From the human T2T-CHM13v2.0 reference genome, Homo sapiens: 64,000 nucleotides of DNA. The notes beneath the pieces are model-generated. The model saw only the letters and a list, made by a program, of their open reading frames with translations. It had not been told where the DNA came from and made no database searches. Shown here piece by piece: positions 29,470 through 41,526 of the stretch; position 1 is the first letter of the stretch, and each line of letters begins with the position of its first letter. The translations under genes were made by a program, and so were the position numbers. Location of the stretch: NCBI RefSeq assembly GCF_009914755.1, contig NC_060941.1. One strand, given 5' to 3'.

Positions 29470-31529
29470 CATTTTTTTCATTTTTTTAAAACAAACCAAT
29501 GTTTTTACATATAAACTGTTTATTGTAAGCATTATATAGTCGGGTCTTGCTTTTTTGTAAAATCCTATCTGATGATCTCTTTTAGCTGGAAAATTAAAAT
29601 CATTTATATTTAATATGATTGTTTATATGGACCAACATCCACAAGCCAAGTATGTGCTTAATTGCAGTTCCCAAAAAGCAGCATCAGAGGGAGATCTGGT
29701 AATATATTTTGAACAGTTATCTAAAAATATTTTAAATTTTATAAAACTATGAAACCCCAAATTGAAGAAGCAACAGAAAGACCAAGAGAAAGAAACATGA
29801 TAAAAATGATGCCAATTCACATCATATTAAAATTGATTAAAAGCTGATAAAAGGGAAAATCTTAAAAGTAGCCAGAAAGAAAAAGACACATTATCTACAG
29901 AGTAACAAAATAAGTATTTTGTTCAATAAAGAAATAATGCACAATAAAAGAAAATAGAACATTTAAAAAACTATATTTATTTTAAAAAGACAAAATAGTG
30001 ATGCTTTTGTATATACAAAAGCAAATTGTTACCAACAAAAATTCTCTGTAAAGTATATTCAAGGAACTTCTGCAAAGAGAAGAAATATAATGCCAGATGA
30101 AAATTTCATATACATTTGGCTTTTTGAATTTGGCTAATAATTCAAAGATGTTTTATGTTTTCAAAATGTTTTTCTCTTGCTGTTTAATTTTGGATAGCGT
30201 CTGTTGGTATGTATTCAAGTTCACTAATCTTTTCTTCTGCAATGTCTAATCTGTCATTGATCTCATATACAGTATTTTTTTATCTCAGAAATTCTCGATT
30301 TTGTCTCTATAATTTTGTTTGGGGTCTTTTTCATATCTTCTATATTTCTACTAAAATTTTTTTAGTCTTTCTACTTCTAGCTCTTTGGACACATTACATA
30401 TTGCTAAAATAACTACAAATATCCATGCCTTTTAATTCTGTCATCTGTCACTAGTGATTGGCTAGTGAGTAGATTCTCCTTCTTATAGGTTCTATTTTAC
30501 TGCTTCGTTGCATGCGTTTTTGTTCATTTTTTTAATCATATGGCAGACAATGTATATTTTACATAATCAGCTGTTGCATATTTGTATGTTCCTAAAAATA
30601 TTCTTGAAAGTAGTTTGATCCTTTCCTTTCTTCTTAAGCTTTGCTAAAGGGGGCCAGAGGAGTATTTAGTGGAGGATTAATTTTATCGCAGAACAGGAGA
30701 AAGGCCTTTCTTAATATTCTAACTTGTGTCCAATGAATTAAGAGGTTTCTACTCTGCTCATAGGAAATGGGCACTAGTTGAGCTCTATGTGAGCTTTAGA
30801 CACTGTTTCTGCTAATCCTTTCAAGTAGTTATTTCCCATGTCTTAAGAAGTTTCCTCAGATGCATGCACTGATCAGTACCCAAGTGAATACTTAAGAGGG
30901 TTCCTCTGGAGGTAAACATCTCTTTTTAGCCTTTTCTTATCTAATATATGTTCTGCTGTGATGCATGTTTCAAGTAATTTAATATTAGAGATCAAAACTT
31001 TCCTTTAGTAAAGACAACATCTAGTCACATGTCAAATTCCATAAGGACTAATGAACATCTGGAAAGAGGAAACATTGTAAAAATATCCATGGGTCAATAA
31101 TATATGTGATGTAATACTCAAAAAGCAACCAACTGCACCAAGGACAATTTAAAAAATAAGAACACAATTCTGTAAAAATTACGAAGACTTGTTTTTAGGA
31201 AAAATAATTAATCAACAGAGTCAAGATAGTTAAATAGTAGAATGTGTAATTTGTTTGTTTTGTGTTTTATTTTAAGGCAACTCTTCATTAAGTAAAGGCA
31301 TGGGGGGGATGCTTGAAGGTAAAAATATTTGAAGAGGTTAGGATGGGGATATTCAAGCTGCACAGCTACTTTTTATTTAGCATCATGTCGATCATTCAGG
31401 AGTATGAAAAATTTCAAAAGACATTCACAGAAAGCCTAGCCATCTCTAGTCTTTTGAATAATACTCAGTGTTACCCTCAATAATTATTAAAGACATTGTA
31501 TGGAACAGTGTATATTTTCCTTGATATAC

Positions 31530-31990
31530 AATAATAACAATAACAAAAGAAAATGTCAACAGATTGTGAAAGTATAAATTAGGACAACTACTTTGAAATA
31601 AACATTTTGGCGGTATGTAATTGAAACAAGTATTCATACTTTGATCTGGCAATTCTCAGTCTGAGAATGTTTCCTGATGAAATAAATGGAAATGAAGAAA
31701 AATATTTATGCCAAACATTATGCTTATTGTAGCAACATTATTTTTTAATTGTAAAAGTTCAAAGACAACTCTTTCTTCCAAGAAATGGCAACAGTTAAAT
31801 TCATTGACTTGTCCAGTCATTTGAGTATAATACAATAATTGAAATATTTACAAAGGCCATGTAGTAACTTTGAGAACACTTACAAAATAAAGTTGAAAAG
31901 GATTATACATAGTAAATTATAATTTATAATGAAAAAATGCTCATAAGAAAGATCTACCAAGTCAACGTATTAATAATATACATCTTTGGA
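31530..31990 (+). mobile_element. Degraded L1ME 3' fragment
   Basis: ttcatactttgatctggcaattctcagtctgagaatgtttcct...cttattgtagcaacattatttttt. Confidence 0.45.
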
Positions 31991-32014
31991 GGAGGATGGA
32001 AGGATAGAAAGCAA

Positions 32015-32250
32015 AACAATAGCTATGGAGTGGGAAATGGAATCTAAAGGAGTCAATATATCTTATCTCTAACTCATAGTGTTCATACTTGAGTAAGGTA
32101 CATGAAGTCACTTTTCCTCAACTTTCTCAACTTTGTAAAATGGGGGATAATATCAATTTTAGGATTATTGTTTTCATAAATGAATTAACACATACAAAAC
32201 ATTTAGAATACTGTTCAAAATAAATTAAACATTCTTTAAATACTAGCTAT
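32015..32250 (+). mobile_element. MIR SINE
   Basis: cttttcctcaacttt...tgtaaaatgggggataata...aaatgaattaacacatacaaaacatttagaata. Confidence 0.7.
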
Positions 32251-32897
32251 AAAATGGATAATGGAGTATCTACATTTGTATATTATATTTTTAAATATTT
32301 TAACTAGTAATGTTTTTATAATGGAATCACAAAAATAAATAACCAGCAGAGACTCACTTGTCAAAAATTCTTCCATTTATTTTCTATTTTCAAATCAGTG
32401 GGTGTGAAGGAATAGCTACAGCATTTCGTTTTCCAAATTTAGCTCCAATGGAAAGAGGATTTACAAATTTTATGCTCAACTTGACAGATTGCTGAATGCT
32501 TCCTTTCTCTACTCAGGTGATGTGCTTACTTTTTCCACCAGCAATTGCTATATTACCAAGCAAAACGGAATCACACTTTTATAGATTGGGTTAAGCCAAT
32601 TATTGATTTTCCTGGTTTACAAACATCAAAACAACCTTGAAAAAGTATGAAAATTAAGTTCAAATTGCTTAGGTTCAGTATGTTTTCACACCACAACGTG
32701 TAGAATATTTAATAACTCTAAAAGCGACTTATGTAATAAAAAGGACTATAATCCAAAAGTATGTCTTGCCTAAAAATCCTAAAACAAGATGTATATTTTA
32801 ATGAATAGACTAGAAGATTGTGAAACTTCTAGTTTCACAAACTAGTCACAAAGGGACAGCTTATTATGAAAAACAAAAGATATTCTTTCAAATAGCT

Positions 32898-33036
32898 TCG
32901 ATAGGGTGTCCATCGATAGGGTGTCCATTTAACTGGAATGAACTCTTACTGATTAGGGTAAGAGTTCTCATAGGGTAAGAGTACTGATAGGGACATCGAT
33001 AGGGTGTCCATTTAACTGGAATGAACTCTTACTGAT
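32898..33036 (+). repeat. Complex local duplication (43-bp perfect direct repeat around a mosaic spacer)
   Basis: catcgatagggtgtccatttaactggaatgaactcttactgat at 32911-32953 and 32994-33036. Confidence 0.95.
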
Positions 33037-33134
33037 AAGCACTTCCTCGACTTCACTTCTGTTTCCATTACTTAATATTATTTCTTTGCAACCATCAATC
33101 ATGTTCACCTGAAAGTCCTCAATTTGTAGGGAGG

Positions 33135-33718
33135 ATATTGTTAAGAATTATTTTAAGTGGGAAGAAAACACCTGAAACTCACTTAAACAAAAAAAAAATT
33201 TTATTGGCTTAGTTTATATGTGATAAAACTACAGAATTAGTTTGATGCCAGGCACAACTGAATCCAGGAGCTCAACAATCCATCAGTAATCAAAAATATA
33301 TTCTTTTGCCAATTTTGCATTTCTAAGTTTTTGCTGCATCTGTACACGTACTACCTTCATATGGTCACAAATTAGTTCTCAGTATCTCCATGTTAACATT
33401 CAATTTGCTTCAAGTCCAGTGGGCCAAAGCTTATTTTTCTAAATGCTTGGAACTCAATCTTATTGGCTCTGATTGTTTTTGCTTGTATCACATGCCTATT
33501 GCTAAATAATTACTATGAACACGATTCTAGGGAATATACTGAATGGACAGATTTGAGACACTGTCCAACCCTGAAGTTTGAAGACATTCAACCTATGTAA
33601 ATTACATGAACAAAGAGGAGATAAGTGTTGCTTCCCATGAAACTTAAGGTGCTACTAGAAAAAAGCATTAGTGAATGAAGGAGCATGCTAAAATATTAAA
33701 AGTATTTAGGACACTATA
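33135..33718 (-). mobile_element. MaLR solo LTR (MLT1K-like)
   Basis: cttaaacaaaaaaa..ttttattggctt...caggcacaactgaatccaggagctcaac...tcacatgcctattgctaaataattact...cactata. Confidence 0.65.
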
Positions 33719-34044
33719 GTAACTAAATTATATGTGCACACTCTCTGTATCTGTATCTTTATTATTCTTTCTCTAGACAAATAGGTGTTTAAATAGATGA
33801 TATAAAGTATATTTGTATATAGTGATTGTACTAAACTTGTTAAATCAGTATACAAGTTGTTTTCTTTTTTCCTACCATTTCCTTCACATATGAACTGTTG
33901 AATTTATTTATCCTCTCTCTCTCAACATTTTGGGAGGATCTCATTACTCTAGTCCCTTTCGAATGTAGTAATAGTCTCAATTTTAGGTTTTAAAGTACAA
34001 TCTAAACTACATGAAATCGCCACTCTATTTTTCATCTATTATAG

Positions 34045-34935
34045 TGATTTTTACATCCCTGAACTCAGACCTGATCCTTAGCTTGGGTGCCTGCAGTAAG
34101 AAAATGAGCTAAGATTTATTGTTAACTCTTAGTCCACTAGTTCTCACCTCCTGCTTAGGTTCCAGTAGAGTTGGAGAGATAAGCAGAGGCAACTGAAAAA
34201 AGAGAATCAAACCCACTTCTTAGTTGGCAGATGTTACTTGGCCATCACACCTTCTGTTAGTCTCACTGTTGACGCTTCATAAGGGCTTGGAGGATCCTTT
34301 AGAGACCGCATGCCCGTTCATACCGCATCCTTCCTTGATGAGAGGTGCACTCTCCACTTGATCCCTTTTATCCCTCATCTCAACACCCTCTGCTCTCACA
34401 CACTGGGCCTCCCCATCTCTTGCTTCTCTATGCTAGTGTTCTTTTACCCTGGCAAGCAACTCTCTTTATGTACTCTTGAAGGGATCTCACACATTTACTT
34501 TCTCAGTGTCTCCTCAGTCTGTGGGAAACATTGTATATCTCTGCCCTGACAATAGGTCTTGGTTGCTTCCTTCCACTGCTGTCCTCTCTCCTTGCCTTAC
34601 TCTGCCATGTGTCTACTCCAGCTAGTCATCTGGCCTCAGGCTTCTCTTGGGGAGAAGCAGCCACCTAACCTACCTCTCTGACCCCATATTGCTCCACATC
34701 TGGAAGACACATATTACTTTGTCCTAGGATGTTGCTCACTAAGCTGTGCTTCATTCCCTTAGTGTCACAGGGGCAAACAGTGGTATGGGTGTGGAATAAG
34801 ATGATGACTTTTGTTTCCTATAAATACTCTCATCTCTGTGAATATTTATTTGGGAACCCTGTCAGCTGGCTAAAGGTGGTAGTGGGAAACACCTTGCTTC
34901 CCATGGGTACTGGAGGGAAAATAAGAAACTCTCAC
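34045..34935 (-). mobile_element. Possible ancient LTR (Gypsy/ERVL-like), family not identified
   Basis: ~900-bp block with higher GC and strong purine skew on the minus strand, with AATAAA ~70 bp from its minus-strand end; no firm consensus match. Confidence 0.3.
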
Positions 34936-35279
34936 CTCCTAGAAATTCTCCTGCTTTAATGAATTATCCCTGAAATATTTTTTTCTTTTATATTCTGGAT
35001 AAATGATGCGACCAGTGGTTGCAGGGCTGCTTTTATTCTTTTCTGTAAATCTCATCTAAATGTATCTAGCACACTTATTTATAAATGGGAGGGAACTATT
35101 CGTCATTCATTGTTTTTAGCTTTGGGGCTTCGGAGAAAACTCTGAAATAACAGGAAAAGCATGTTCACATCATGCTACCTTTCACATTCATTAACACAAG
35201 TAAAAGACTTAATTTTTTTATGGACTTATAATCACACTTTCAGGCAGGCATTGTTAGCCTTTTTTTTTTTTTTGATAAG

Positions 35280-36160
35280 ACAATGAGTCACATGAAGATA
35301 ACTGATTCAACCAAGTCCTGTCACTGGGAGAAGGGCCAAAGCCTTGATGTTCCCCATTTCTAACCTGTGTTTTCTTTTCCATTCAAATACTTTCAAAATC
35401 TTTCATGAATGAATTTGTTGGTAAAGTATGAGTGATACCAGTTCTACATATATATATGTTTATTCCTAGCGACTTATCCTTTGAAATAGTTGCTGTCTGC
35501 ATTGTGTGTGTAATGAGTATGTGCCTGCATGTGTTTATACAGCTCATTAACTTTGTGTGACTTTTGTTTCTACTGCTGGGAAAACTTTCCGTCACCATAA
35601 ACCCAATATATGTTGATAGGAATTTCATGAGAAACCACTCACCTATTATGTAACTAAAATTTAAATATAACCTTAGGTGGTTCTATACTTCTAAATTAGA
35701 ATTTGTTCATGAATAATGGTGGCAAATGAAGAACCTGTGACAGAGTCCTGAGTCATATCTGGTCTGTTTAGAGGCAAAGCAGAAAACTATTCTCTTTATC
35801 AAGTGGATTGTGCTTTGCTATTCTTTGAAAGGAAGAGCAGCTGGGAACAGCTACCATTCCCAACATAATATAGAGCAGAAACCCATCTTAACCCTTCACC
35901 TCGGAAATCTGTACATGATGTCGCCAAGTCAGCAGAGGCCGAGCTGACGAGGCAAGTCAGCCCTCTGGCAGGCTTCAGCATCAGAGCACTACGAGTTGAT
36001 GAGAGTTCCCAGGGGACAGTCTTTGTTTGGAATGGTGGTGGCAACACTGCTGTCATAGCAAAGATCTCAGTCACGGGCACGTCAACAGACCACAGCTTGC
36101 ATGACATTCTGATATTGCTGTATATCTATACCACCCATATCCTTCTTCCCTGTAGCAGTT
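35280..36160. promoter_or_regulatory. Candidate enhancer or non-repeat island
   Basis: TGAGTCA (AP-1) at 35284 and 35749, ARE-like GCTGACGAGGCA at 35943-35954, 7 CpGs in 35902-36081; no repeat recognised. Confidence 0.35.
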
Positions 36161-37019
36161 AATAGGACAATTGTCAAGTAGAAGTGAGGGATTCTAAAAA
36201 TTTTTTTTATTATTATCTGAAGCATCCACTACACACAAGCGGAGAAATCAATTACTGCCTGTGTTTTCCACTGGGCTTTCTATTTGGGCCTGTACTACAA
36301 TTTTTATTATTGCACTTCCCTGGTTTCCTTTTTTTTCTCAGTAATCTTTGCAACTATCCTACCCAAGGTTCGTTATCTTCTCTGCTGGAAAGTGATATGG
36401 CTCTGTGGGAAACACTGGAAAATATAGGACATTAACTGTGTCCTCTGAACCGTGGACACATATAAATATTACTTTAAGTGTATTAATAACAATTAGAGTA
36501 AGAGGATGCTCAGTGTTAGGAAGGAAAGAAACATAACAGGGATGCTGGCATGCATGTAATGTAAGTTTGGGCAGAAGGAAGGTCTTATAACTCTGTTTCT
36601 AAGTCAGTAATGAAGAAAACACTAGGTTGATTGAGTGTGGGAGAAAATAAGAGATAAGCTAGAATTCCTGAGAGAATGAAAGTAAAGTGACCTGCCAGAG
36701 TAAGCTGATGCCTCATGATGTGACTCTATCATGGGTACCACTAAGGCTTCGTGAAGTACATTGGAGAGGGAGTTTGAGAAAAACCACTGGAGCGCACATG
36801 AGAATTCATTCTGAGGTCCATACTGTGGAGCCAATAAAACATATTCTTTGTAAGGAAATGTTTTACAAATGTTTATGAAATAAGTCTTTGTAAAATGACT
36901 GACAAAATTCCAAATTGTTCAGTATATTTGTGACTATGGAGGCAACTTGGGGGTGGAATACAGTAACATCCATAGCTGTGATCTCAAAGCCGTTTGGACA
37001 CATCAATATTATTACATTT

Positions 37020-37245
37020 TTTTTCAGCAGACATCTCTAACATATATATGCATATATTTATAAATGATATAGATGCATTATTAACCTACCAAACTAGGTG
37101 TATTATAAAATGTACAAATAGTACATGTTATGGAATGAAATATAAATACTTATATATACATATATGTACATGTTATATATATATTCATTATGAATTATGT
37201 ATATATACATGTAATGTATATATATGTATACATATTATGTATTTT
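37020..37245. repeat. AT-rich low-complexity (TA-like) tract
   Basis: Direct reading. Confidence 0.7.
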
Positions 37246-37299
37246 TATTTTTTCTTCCAATACATTTCTGTCATCCCTCTCACTCCACTTGGAACTCCA

Positions 37300-37675
37300 C
37301 AGGATAAGTTCCCACCTTAAATCCTGAGCTGCTGGAATACGTTCTGGACACCTGCGACCTTTAACTTAAATAACTGGGTAAATAATTATCTTACTTGTTT
37401 TTATTAATCTTTTGTCCATCTTAAATATATGCCATAGGACCTTAGCTCTTGTTTATATCAATGAGCTTATGATAAACTTGGTTTTGTCACACAATGTTTA
37501 ACTTAAAGTCACGGTTTCCAGGTCCATACATGTTGTAGCAAAACAATGTACCCTTGTGATACACACACTTTGTTTTGCACTTGTTCCCAATTTCCTTTGT
37601 GATAGGACTCCACCAAAATATTTAGCAAAGCTAACTGTAAGCTCTTTGGGCCATGACTGAGGAGTGAGGACTTAC
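37300..37675 (+). mobile_element. MER6-family (TcMar-Tigger) 3' portion, with an internal deletion and a split terminal repeat
   Basis: cctgagctgctggaata...gggtaaataattatcttacttgtttttattaatcttt...ctcttgtttatatcaat...cttaaagtcacggtttcca; terminal agtgaggacttac at 37663-37675. Confidence 0.8.
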
Positions 37676-39177
37676 AAAGTCTGGATAAATATGGTCACAA
37701 GGAAATAAAAATCTAACTAATCAAAGGAAAGCAAAGGTAAAGGAGGAGAGTAATATGTATAATATCTCATCTTTTATCAAAAATATAACTTCTGTGAATG
37801 AGTCTTTGGGTGAAACTGTCTTCAAAGAGAATCTTATAAGATGAGACTTCATAAAAGAAGAATCCCCCAAACACTGATTGTGCAGAAATAATGTATATTT
37901 CTTGTAAAATTTTCTAGTGCATTAACTTTATTCTTTACTATTACTCTGAGGATGCTCAACTCCTGAGTGTTAATGCTATAAATCTTCAACAGCAAGAAGG
38001 AATATCAGTCAATAAATACTTAGCAACAGTATAAATTATGTATGCCAGAATAAGTGAGTATTGCAGGGAAGCACATAGTCTAATGGGCCTGCTTACTGAA
38101 TGCCATAAAACTAAACATCCTGAATCTTTACAAGGAGGGCTGCATTACCTAACAAGTAATTCTTTCAAAATAATCATCCTAGATTTTGGGAGAAATTTTT
38201 CAAATGCCAGTGGTGATGTCTGTAAAAATTATTTAGTAATTGTAATCTAAATATTCTTATGTACATAATCTATAACATACTCTTAATCAGAATTGGGTTT
38301 GTAAAGTGTAAAGCAATTGGATAAACTGTAGACAGCTCAATGAGAGTTTATATCTCATTCACTACTTGAAATATTGGTACTGACTTTTACCACTGAGATT
38401 ATACTATATTTGTCTTTTAATGCTTAGATCCAAATTACTGAATAAAGGTTACTAATTGTTTCCTACAAGCTTGATGTATTAGTGGCTTGTTTGAATACCC
38501 AAAGAAATATAAAGATTAACATTATAATTAAATAATGGATAATATAGGAAGTAATGCTATAGACTGGTGTTCAGTTATGCCTATATAGTATGTGTTTATG
38601 TTTCCTCTATATTTGAGTCCTGAGAAATTATAAACTCTAAGCAGAAATGTTAATACCTCTGTTCAGTTTCCTTATGCGGAAAATTCTCACAGACTACTCT
38701 AAAACCACTTAGTTATGGTAGTTTCTTAGACAGTCTGTAATGCAAAAGCCAGAAAGAAATAGGTGTAGAAAAGACCAGAAAATAAAAAACAAAATGACAT
38801 AATGTCCTTAAACTGACGTACCTTCCATAATCAATTTTAAATTGTCAAAACATAAAACTTGTTTTTGAGGGAAACTAAGTTGGGAAATCTGATTCATTCC
38901 TGTGGGTTGCATGCATTGATTTTATTTTTACAGATGATTATTCAACTTCTACTTGACTTTGGATGCTTAAATGTAGGCATTATACGTACATAACTGAATG
39001 TATAGCATAAAATAAAGACTGTGTTTCCAATTTCTCTATGCTCTGTGCCATCATTTCCCTATATGTTAACATAATCTCAATCAAATGAATCAAAAAAAGA
39101 GCTCAAAAACCTCAATAGCAAAGCTACTGACAAAAGATTTTGGCATAAATAGGCAAGTAAAATAAATCCAGGTTCTT

Positions 39178-39821
<644 letters not shown>

Positions 39822-39958
39822 AATCCAGGTTCTTAATAAGCACAAGAGTTAGCATTGTTTGTGAGTGCATTTTAATTGCTCACTTCATTCAAGTTTATGT
39901 CCGTACCCAATTTTGACACAAGTCTTGATAGAAGACCAATAATAATGTCAGTACATTC

Positions 39959-40172
39959 CAGGAATTGGCCAACTACCGCCCAAGGGCCAAATCCAGAGCA
40001 TAGCTTGTTTTGGTAATAAAATATTATTGGAGCACAGCCATGTTCATTAGTTGATGAACTGTCTGTAGCAGCTTTCATTGTACAATGGCTGAGTTGAGTA
40101 GTTGCCACAGAGACAATATGGTCTGCAAAGCCTAAAATATTGATTTCTTGGAACTCTGTCTGCTGACCCTTG
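39959..40172 (+). mobile_element. MER58A (hAT-Charlie) MITE
   Basis: caggaattggccaactac..caagggccaaatcc...ttattggagcacagccatg...gagttgagtagttgccacagagac...gcaaagcctaaaatat...tgctgacccttg. Confidence 0.85.
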
Positions 40173-40194
40173 ATATATACCAATCAACTCATAG

Positions 40195-40360
40195 ATTATT
40201 AGGGACAAGAAGAACTTAAGTGGTTATCCTGCCATACAACTTCATTTGACCAAAGGGAAAAGTGAGGCTCAGGAAGGTGATAATTTGCTCAATGATATAA
40301 AAATAATCAGGGACAATAGCTTGGAATATAAACCAGTTACTACTTCCTGATGCATTAGTC
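40195..40360 (-). mobile_element. MIR fragment
   Basis: cttcatttgaccaaagggaaaagtgaggctcaggaaggtgataatttgctcaa. Confidence 0.55.
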
Positions 40361-40558
40361 CTTGTACTCTAACTTACATGGTAGAAATAAATCAGGTTTC
40401 TCATATAACTGATTTTTTTAAGCTTTGTCAGTATAATTAGAAATTACATGAAAACTTTTGGAACAAATTTTCTTACAAAGTATAACACAGCATGGGAATA
40501 GAATATTTAATATTTAGTTACAGTAATTCTCTCAGTCTTTTTAAAACTTTTCCCCTTG

Positions 40559-40559
<1 letters not shown>

Positions 40560-40608
<49 letters not shown>
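40560..40608 (+). repeat. (CA)n microsatellite
   Basis: Direct reading. Confidence 0.95.
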
Positions 40609-40612
<4 letters not shown>

Positions 40613-41166
40613 AGTTCAATGATTTATCACAAAGTCCACCATCATACAGCATGTTGCGGGGACCCAGGAGCTTTTCTCATGCTCCTGTCATTAAACCTTT
40701 CCTTTCCTGAAAAGGCAGCCCCAGGCCTGATTTTTACATTAATTGTCTCCTTGCATTTCTTTGGTTTTACCACATAAGTATGGTTCTCTAAACACTATTG
40801 TTATACCTGTTTTTAAGTTTTATGTAAATTAAATTATACAACAGTGTTTTGTGCCTGGCTTCTTTACTTACATAATTTTGGTGAAATTCTTGCATTGTGT
40901 TCATTTGCACTGCTATATGCATTCAGTTACATGAATATAGAACAATTTATATACATCGTATTGTGGAAAAATATATGGGTTATCGTAGTTTGGAGATATT
41001 ATGCATAATGCTCCCATAAATACTTATATCCATGTTTTTTGGTACACATATGTATGCATTTTCATTAGGTAGATACTAAATAATTGATTGAGACTTTTGG
41101 ATCTGTGGGTTTGCGTTTATTCAACACTGGCAAATAGTATACAAATAAATGATATAAATATACTCT

Positions 41167-41468
41167 CGCCAAGCATGGTGGCTCACACCTACAATCCCAG
41201 CACTTTGGGAGGCTGAAGTGGACAGATCATCTGAGGTCAGAAGTTCGAGACTAGCCTGGACAACATGGCAAAATCTTGTCTCTACTAAAAATGCAAAAGT
41301 TAGCTGGGCGTGGTGGTGAGCACCTATAATCCCAGCTACTAGGGAGGCTGAGGCAGGAGATTTGCTTGAACCCAGGAGGCGGAGGTTGCAGTGAGCAGAG
41401 ATTGCACCACTACACGCCAGCCTGGGCCATAGAGTGAAACTCTGCGAAACTCTCTCTCAAAAAAAAAA

Positions 41469-41472
<4 letters not shown>
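41167..41472 (+). mobile_element. Alu (AluSx-like)
   Basis: Full dimer with poly-A; small internal duplication of gaaactct. Confidence 0.93.

Positions 41473-41473
<1 letters not shown>

Positions 41474-41523
<50 letters not shown>
41474..41523 (+). repeat. (TA)n microsatellite after the Alu tail
   Basis: Direct reading. Confidence 0.95.

Positions 41524-41526
<3 letters not shown>

Noticed and set aside
32898-33036. CRISPR-like repeat-spacer-repeat
   Set aside because: Only two units, the spacer is built from the repeat itself, and there are no cas genes in this eukaryotic context
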